NCBI GenBank assembly: GCA_964632605.1
Contig: CAZWBZ010000004.1
Span: 1 to 62,672, forward strand
Source: an uncultured Candidatus Saccharibacteria bacterium
Lineage (GTDB): Bacteria; Patescibacteriota; Minisyncoccia; Phycocordibacterales; UBA9973
Length of the DNA stretch: 62,672 nucleotides
Direction of reading: 5' to 3'
The translations under genes and the position numbers were made by a program. Of this stretch, positions 9,901 to 18,900 are shown one piece after another. How positions within the stretch are numbered: the first letter of the stretch is position 1; every line of letters begins with the position of its first letter. The notes under the pieces were generated by a model that did no database searches, was not told the DNA's origin, and saw only the letters and a list, made by a program, of their open reading frames with translations.

Positions 9901-12900
9901 GGTAACGGTACTAATACACCACTGGGTACTACGGGCGGTATTACCACCGTTGCAAACCAAGGAGCTCTTGATTTAAATGGTTTTACTTTGTCTACGGCTG
10001 AATCTGTTTCTATTGCTAGTATTGGATTTGGACCTGGTACTAGTGTTGCTGCTGGTAACAGTAACATGGGCTCTATTATGAATACATCTGGTACGCCAGT
10101 TAGTTATAGTGGAGCAATTACACTAACTGCAGCTGCTCGTATAAATGCGGATTATGGAGCTCTTACAATAAGTGGCGGAATCTCTGGAGCTTTTGCTTTT
10201 ACCAGTGGAGGTTTTACTAATAGTACTTATACTGGCGTTTTGTCTACTATTACTACTTTGACCAAAGATGGTATCGGTGTTCTTACTTTATCAAACAGTA
10301 ACTCTTTTACTGGGACTACTACTATTAGTGCGGGGACAGTAAAACTTGGAACAGCTGGCGGCGCAACTAATACGCCATTGGGTACTACAGCTGCTGCTAC
10401 TATTGTGTCCGCAGGAGCGAGACTTGATTTAAATGGATTTACGCTGGGTGCTGCGGAGTCATTAACACTAAACGGTGTGGGTTATGGACTGGGGGACTTT
10501 GCAAGTGGAGCATTAATGAATAGCTCTGGATCTTCTGTTACTTATAGTGGGCTAATAACACTCGGTTCATCAGGAACTTTAATCAAGGTAGATTCTGGAA
10601 GTATTAGTTTAACTGCTGCTGGTACAATATCTGGAGCAACATTTGGTTTGATTTTAGGAGGTACTGGTACAGGGTCACTGGCTAGTATTATTGGTACCAC
10701 TACTGGTACTGTTACTAAGATTGGGACAGGGACTTGGACGCTGTCTGGAATTAGTACTTATACTGGAGCAACTGCTGTTAACAACGGAACATTAAAACTG
10801 GGTGCTAACAGTGCTGGCCCTACGAACTCTGTACTTGGTACTACTGGCGGTGCTACTACTGTTTATAGTGGCGGAGCATTGGACTTTAATGGATTTACTT
10901 TGGGTATTGCCGAAGGTGTAACCATAAACGGGCGTGGGGTTAATGACGGCGGAGCATTTATTGGAAGTAGTGGAACTTTCTCTGGAGCAATTACTCAAGC
11001 AACTGATTCTCGTATAGCTAATGCTTCTGGGACATTAACATTGTCTGCGGCAGTTGGCGGAGCATTTTCTTTGTATATTGGCGGCGCAGGGAATATTACA
11101 ACCAGTGCTGTTTTTGCGGCCAGTGCTCTTTCTATTACTAAACAAGGCGCGGGAACACTAACTGTAACAGGAGCAAATCTTTACACTGGTTATACTCGTG
11201 TGGATGCTGGAACTTTTGCTTATGCAGCAACTACTACTCTTGTTGCTACAAACCTTATAATGAACGGAGGTACCTTTAACAGTGGTGCCAACGCCGATGC
11301 TATCGGAACAGTTACTCTTATAGGAGGAACTATTACTAACTCGGCAGCATTAACTGGTACTTCTTATACGTTTGAGAGCGGTACAATTAGCGGAATCTTA
11401 GCCGGCGCAATTGCTGTTACGAAAAACACAAATAACACTGTTACTATGACAGGTGTTAATACTATTAGTAGTACTATTACTATTAATGCCGGAACACTAA
11501 CATTTAGCGGAGCAGGTACTGCTACTGCGGTCACAGGTGTTACTGTAAACTTGGGCGGAACACTAACGCTGGATAACTCTACGACAGCCAGCACCGACCG
11601 TCTTAATGGTACAGCTAACAACGTTACATTGGCGCTAAACGGTGGTAACTTTAACTTTATCGGTAACACTGCAGCAGCGGCTTCTGAAACAATGGGGGCG
11701 ATGACTGCTGCGTCTGGTCACAGCACTGTAACTATTACACCTGGAGCAGGGGGTAGTACTACTATGACATTTGCATCTTTTGCAAGAACTGCGGGGGCTA
11801 CTATTTTATTCCGCGGAACAAGCTTGGGTAGTACTGCTGCTGCCAATGTGTCTACACTTTTGTTTACAGCTGCGCCTACTTTAACTGGAGCTGCGGGTGC
11901 GGCAAACAGCGCAACAATTAGTGTTATCAAGGGTGCGTTTGGAGATAACTCTTTAAGCGGTACTGGAACTGACATGGTTACATATAACGTTGGTAACACT
12001 AACGGTATTAGAAGATTAAATGCTACAGGTTTTACAGGTGAATATTCTGCGGTATTAGCAGCTAACACTAATGTAAAATTAACAGCAGGTACTGCGGCTA
12101 GTACTGTTAGTATTAACTCGCTAATATTGAATGGTTTTGATATTACAAATCCTGGTAGTGCGGCTACTGTTACGATGGCGTCTGCATCTCTCTCTGGAAA
12201 TATTTTGATTAACTCTGCAAACAATATTGCAGGGGCGAATACTACAATTGGTATTACTACATTTGAGCTTGATATCCTGGCAACAGCTAACTCTACTGTT
12301 AGCGCCATAATAGGCACTGCTACTACTGGGTCTGTAGTATTAAGTGGTACGGGTAATGTAACACTGAGCGCTGCAAACTTGTACACTAGTACAACTTTTA
12401 TAAACAGCGCCACTCTTACAGCTGGAGCTAGTAATGTATTATCAAGTGGGGGCGTTACAATAGTAGGGGGTACATATAATCTTAATGGTAATTCTGATAC
12501 TGTTGGCGCTATTTCTATTAACGCTGGTACTATTACAACCGGTGCTGGTACGCTAACTGGTAATGGAACTTTTTCAACTGTTGCTAATAATAACGCGGCT
12601 TCAATAATAACAGGTAACTTGGGTCTTGGTGCTAACGCTACGTTTACTATTAACGACGGGCTAATGGATAATGATGCGCTTATAACTGCGGTCATAAGCG
12701 GCGCGTTTACTTTTGGTAAAGCGGGCGCTGGAGTATTGGAGTTAGCTGGCAGTAATACCTTTTCAGGTGTGACTACTATTAGTGCTGGGATACTAAGACT
12801 TGGGGCTACTGGTGACGCTACTAATACACCTCTTGGTACAGTTGCTGGTAGTACTAACGTTTCTACTGCATCAGCAGCCTTAGACTTAAATGGATTTACA

Positions 12901-15900
12901 TTAGGTACCGCTGAGCCTTTAACTTTAACTGGTAACTTAGCAACAGGAGCATTGCAGAATACATCATCTTCTTCTGTTAACTACAGTGGTCTTATCACTC
13001 TTGGCGCTGCTAGTACTATTATTTCCAACTATGGAGATATAAACATTACTAATACCGGTACTATTTCTGGAGCAACATTTGGTCTTACTATTGGGGGAGC
13101 CGGTAATGGAAGTTTGTCTAGTATACTTGGTACTACTAGTGGGACATTAACTAAAAACGGTTTGGGCGTCTGGACTGCTTCCGGGTTAAGTACTTATACA
13201 GGCGTAACTACTATTAGTGCGGGTACATTTAAATTGGGCGCTGCTGGTAGTGGTACCAATACACCGCTGGGTACAAGTGCGGGGGGTGTATCTATTACAA
13301 GTGGAGCAATTTTTGACCTAAACGGTTTTACATTAGGTACATCAGAAACCGCTACAATTAACGGAACGGGTATTGCATCTATTGGTGCATTTATAAATAG
13401 TTCTAACAATACTATTTCATACAACGGAGCTCTTACAATGGGTGCTGCATCTCGTATTGTAAACTATGGAACCGGAGTTTTGACTTTGACAGGGGCAATT
13501 ACTGGTAACTTTGCTTTAACAACAGTTGCGGTAGGCGGTATTACACAATCTACAGCTAGTGTTTGGTCTGGAACAGGTTCGCTTATAAAAGAAGGTTCGG
13601 GGACTTTAATACTTTCGGGTCAAAACAGTACTACTGGGGCAATGACTGTTTCTACTGGTAAATTACAGCTTGGGGCTAGTGGCGGGGCAGCTAATACACC
13701 GCTTGGTACAAATGCCGGAGGTGTTACTGTTGCTGCTGGAGCTGCGCTTGATTTTTCTACTTTTTCTTTGGGCGGCGCATCTACTTACGAAACATTGAAC
13801 GTCAGTGGTTCTGGTATTAGTAATACTGGGGCTTTAATCTTTGCGGCGTCTACTAACAATAACTTTGGCGCAATGACTGTTGCGGCCAATACCCGAATTA
13901 TAAACTCTGGTAGCGGAACTGTTATATTTGGTGGAGTCATAACTGCTGCTAACGGTATTAACTTGGCTATTAGGGGAACAGGTCCAACAAATATTAATGC
14001 AGCATTTGGCGCTACTGCTACAACTGCTACATTAACAAAATGGGACTCGGGCATACTGTCTATAAATGCGGTAAGCATTACCACGGGGTTAATTCGTGTT
14101 AATGGGGGAACTTTAAAATATGGTATTGCTGACGCACTGGCAACACCGGCTGTTACTGTTGCCGGCGGTACATGGGATTTGAATGGTTTCTCCGAAGGTG
14201 GTACTACTCTTATCGGAGCTGTAACATTAATTGGCGGATCTATTGTGAATACAGGTGGAGCAGCAACAATAACTTCATCAGCAACATATACAGTGGAAAG
14301 TGGAACAATTAGTGCAGTATTAGCAGGAGCTGCTATTGCTATGAACAAAAATACTGGGGGTACTGTAACATTGTCTGCTGCTAATACTTTTGCTGGACTA
14401 ACAACTATTAACGCGGGTACACTGGCTTGGGGGATTAACGATGCTCTTTCTTCCGGGGCTCTTACTGTAACAGGGGGTACTGCTAATTTAGGAACAAGTA
14501 CTGATACAGTCGGCGCTGTTACATTAACAAGCGGATTTATTAGCAGTAGCACTGGAGTATTAACAGGCACAGCTTATACATTTAGTAACAGTGGTACTGT
14601 CAGCGCAATTCTTGCCGGAAGTATAGGTCTAACAAAAACTGGTACAGGTACAGTGTCTTTGCTGGGTAGTAATACATACACCGGTACCACAACTATTACT
14701 GCTGGTGTACTAAGAGCAAATAGTACAACTGCTCTTGGAGATGGTAGTGCTACAAACACACTTGTTTTTAACGGAGGAACGCTAAGAGCTGGAGGAAACA
14801 TTTCTTCACCATCTGGTCGTGCTGTTACGCTAACGTCTACTGGTCTTATTGATACAAATAATTACACCGTAACACTTGCTGGTACAATAGGTTCTGCTTC
14901 TGGTATTACTAAAAATGGTATGGGTACATTAAGTACAACCGGGGCCGTAACATTAGGCGCAGCGTTAACTGTTAACAACGGTACATTTGACCAAGCTAGT
15001 TCTTTAAGTGGTCCAACTGCAGTTACTATTGCAACGTCTGGGGTTTGGTCTAATGTGGGTACAGGGGCGGTTACTCTTGCCGGCGCTGTTGTAAACTCTG
15101 GAGTAATAACTTTGAATTCAAACAATGGAACAACTTGTATCGATGGTCCTAATAGTATATTGGTTAGATCTAGTATTACTAATACACTAAGAGCTTGGTC
15201 TGGGACTGGTATATTTAATATGCAAAACCTGGATGTTGATGATATGACCGGGGCAGGTGTTACTGTATATAATTCTACTTTGTCAGGGGATACTACTTGG
15301 ACTGTAGGGTCTTGCGGAGTTACTGTATCTGGGTCTGCAAACGGTAATAATGCTGCAACTGTAAAACTTGCTATCAACGGTACACTGCAGGGTAGTAGTA
15401 CTACAATTAGTAGTAGTAGTTGGTCTTTGTCTAGTGGTTCAACTGTATCAGCCGGGGACATTATCACTGTTTGGGTGGATGGTGTAGCGGACAACTTGGA
15501 ATCAACCGCTGTCACCAAGTATGCATCAGGTAATATTACTGGAATGGTACTAGATACTAATGTATTAACAATTGGTAGTAACCAAAATACTAGTGTGTCT
15601 ACTACTAACCTTGCTCAATACGAAGCAACTGATGATGAAGATGTAATGCATACTTCTGTATCAGGCGCTCTACTTGTCCAAGGGGGAAGTAATTCTTATA
15701 CAGATGAAACATTATCTATTCTTGCATCTAATACATTAACTGTTAATAGCTCTTCTACTGAATCTATAACAACAGAGAAGATAACTAATGCAGGAACTAT
15801 TACTGCATCGGGGACTCCAACAATTAGTCTTGCTGGAACATCGGGGACACTGTTTACTAATACTGGTACATTTACTGCTGCTTCTAGTACTGTTGATTTA

Positions 15901-18900
15901 ACTGGTAACGGCAGCGCAACAATAGCATCTGGAACACCTACATTTTATAACTTAACTTCTTCAGGAACAGGTACAAAATCTTTGGGTGAAGCCCTAACTG
16001 TAACTAATATTCTTACAGTAGGGAACGGAACTTTGGATACAACAACTGCAAACGATTATACAATCAATGCGGGCAAAATAGACTTTGCTGGAACATCTAG
16101 TTCTGTAATGGGATACAACACTATCGCTGGTTCAAACACCGGAACTTATATTTCTGGTAATATGCTGGCGCAAAGATTTACAGCGTCATCTAGTGGAACA
16201 ATAAGTCAAATCAGTGTTTATCTTGTCGATACAGGACCTAATGTCTTTAAGGTTGCTGTATATTCTGATAATGCTGGTGCGCCAGATACACTGCTGGCAA
16301 CAAGCGCGGGTACAGGTAGCTCTACTACAACTCCGTCTTGGCAAACAGCAGCAATATCTCTTTCTGTCACCAGTGGAGTATCTTACTGGTTTGCTGTGCT
16401 TGGAGCTGGTAATCTAATCATGAATTACGATGTCGTTGGCAGCGGTAATAAAACAGCAGACGACGGTACAAATACTTATCCAACATTTAATGACCCATTT
16501 AATGTTTCTAATTATTACACTGGTACAACTGTTAGTATTTATGCAGATGTTACTGGTTCCAGTGGTGGTACGCTAAAGCTAAATGATTCAACTGTGAATG
16601 TTTCAGGAACAGGTACTGTGTTTGACGCAACAGGGGGGACAATGGACGTTTCTACTGGTACATCTACTATTAAACTAACTGACTCATCAAGTAGTTCTAA
16701 AACTTTTGCTGGAGCGGGTAAGACATATGACAATCTTTGGATTGCCCCAGGTTCTGCTACAGGTTCTTATACTATTTCTGGAGATAATACTTTCCTTGAT
16801 TTTAAAGATGACGGTACGGGGGCGCACGCTATTAACTTTACAGCGGGGTCTACTACTACAATTAGTACACTAACTTTGGATACAAATGCTACGCAGCTTA
16901 TAACACTGCAAAGTACAACTCCAACATCTTATTGGAATTTGGTTGATACTAGTGGTACAAATACTGTTTCTTATGTGTCTATTACAGATAGTTGTGCATC
17001 TGGCGGCGCAACTTGGGATGCTGGTAATGGTACAAATACAAATGGTGGGCATAACTGTGGATGGAGTTTTGTATCGGGTATTACTATTACTGGATCTGCA
17101 AATGGTAACAATACTGCAACTGTAAAGGTTGCTGTAAATGGGACTTTGAATGGTGCTACTACTACAATTGCTAGTAGCGCATGGACATTGTCTGGCGTCT
17201 CTGTAGCAAACAATGACATTATCACTGTTTGGGTGGATAACGTAGCAGACAACTTGGAATCTACTGCTGTAACTAAATACGGGGGATCAGGTAACATCAC
17301 TGGAATGGTCCTAAACACAAACGTATTAACTATTGGTAGTAACCAAAACAATAGCGTATCTACTACTAACCTTGCTCAATACGAAGCAACTGATGATGAA
17401 GATGTAATGCATACTTCTATATCAGGCGCCCTACTTGTACAAGGGGGAAGTAACTCTTACACAGATGAAACATTGTCTGTTCTTGCATCTAACACACTAA
17501 CCGTTAATAGCTCTTCTACTGAATCTATAACAACAGAGAAGATAATTAACGCAGGAACTATAACTGCTTCTGGGACACCATTGATTGAAGTTAATGGTAC
17601 TAGCGGTACTCTTTATACAAACACCGGAACATTTACTCCTGCGTCTTCTACTGTGAACTTTACAGGTAATGGCACCGCTACTTTGAATTCAGGAACTTCA
17701 TCTTTTTATAATCTAAAAGTTTCTGGTTCTGGTACTAAGACATTAGGTGCGGCTGTTACGGCAGCGAACAATCTAGAAGTTCAGACTGGAACATTAGATA
17801 CTAGTTCTGGCAGCAGTTATACTGTTACAGCTGGAAAGATAAATATTACAGGGGGAGCTGGCGGTACATTTGGAGAGACTAGTGTGCTTGGTAGTAGTAA
17901 TACAACAACAAAAATTATTACTACAAGATTCACCGCAACAGCTACTGGTGTTATTAATAAATTAACTGCCAGAGTTTTTGCTAGCAGCGGTACTGTAAAT
18001 ATGCGAGCAGCACTGTATAGCAAGGGAACAATTAACTCGCAAGATGGTCCTGTTAATTTGCTGACTAGTTCTCCTTATAGTGTTTCTTTGAGTATTACTG
18101 ACCAATGGCTGGAGATTCCTTTGAACGATTACACTGTTACAAATGGGGTAGATTATTATTTTGCTATTTGGGGTGATGCTACTTTTGGACTACATTACGA
18201 CTATAATGCAGGTACTTATGCTAATAGAAGCTATGAAGATAACGGTGGAACATTCCCAGCTTGGGTAAACCCAATAACATCTGGAAACGGTACACACTAT
18301 GACACTATTGGATCTTACTATGTAACATATGTTGGTGCTGGAACTTTGGTTGCTAACGGGTCTACTATTAACGTAACAGGTACATCCGGTACGCTGTTTA
18401 CCAAAGATTCATCTGGTACATTTACAGCAGGAACCAGTACTGTAAATCTAACAGGTAATGGTAGTGCTACTATAAATTCAGGAGATCCATCTTTCTATAA
18501 CTTAACTTCTTCAGGAACAGGTACAAAATCTCTTGGTGGCGCATTGACTGCGACAAATACGCTAACTGTGTCTGGCGGCACATTTGAGACAACTGGTAGT
18601 AATCATGCTTTGAACGCCGGTAAAATTGTTTTCAATAGTGGTACATTAAACCTAAACGCTTCAACAGTAAATCTTTCTGGAACTTCTGGCACGCTATTTA
18701 CTAAAACAAACGGTGTGCTTAATGCGGGAACCAGTACTGTAAATCTTAACGGTAACGGCAGCGCTACTGTTGCGTCTGGAGCTCCAAAGTTTTACAACCT
18801 AAATTCTTCAGGAACAGGTACAAAATCTTTAGGAGAGCTACTAGATATCGGAGGAACATTAACTGTGTCTAATGGAACATTTGATACTACGGGTAGTAAC

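Noticed and set aside
8568-15518. Long minus-strand ORFs (318, 325, 261 and 218 aa at 8568-9524, 11718-12695, 13785-14570 and 14862-15518) antisense to the giant gene
   Set aside because: They lie entirely within the 13.4-kb plus-strand ORF and translate to low-complexity V/P/A/L-rich strings with no motifs. They are explained by the biased codon set (ACT/GGT/GCT/AAT...) of the repeats, which leaves antisense frames free of stops. They are artefacts, not genes.
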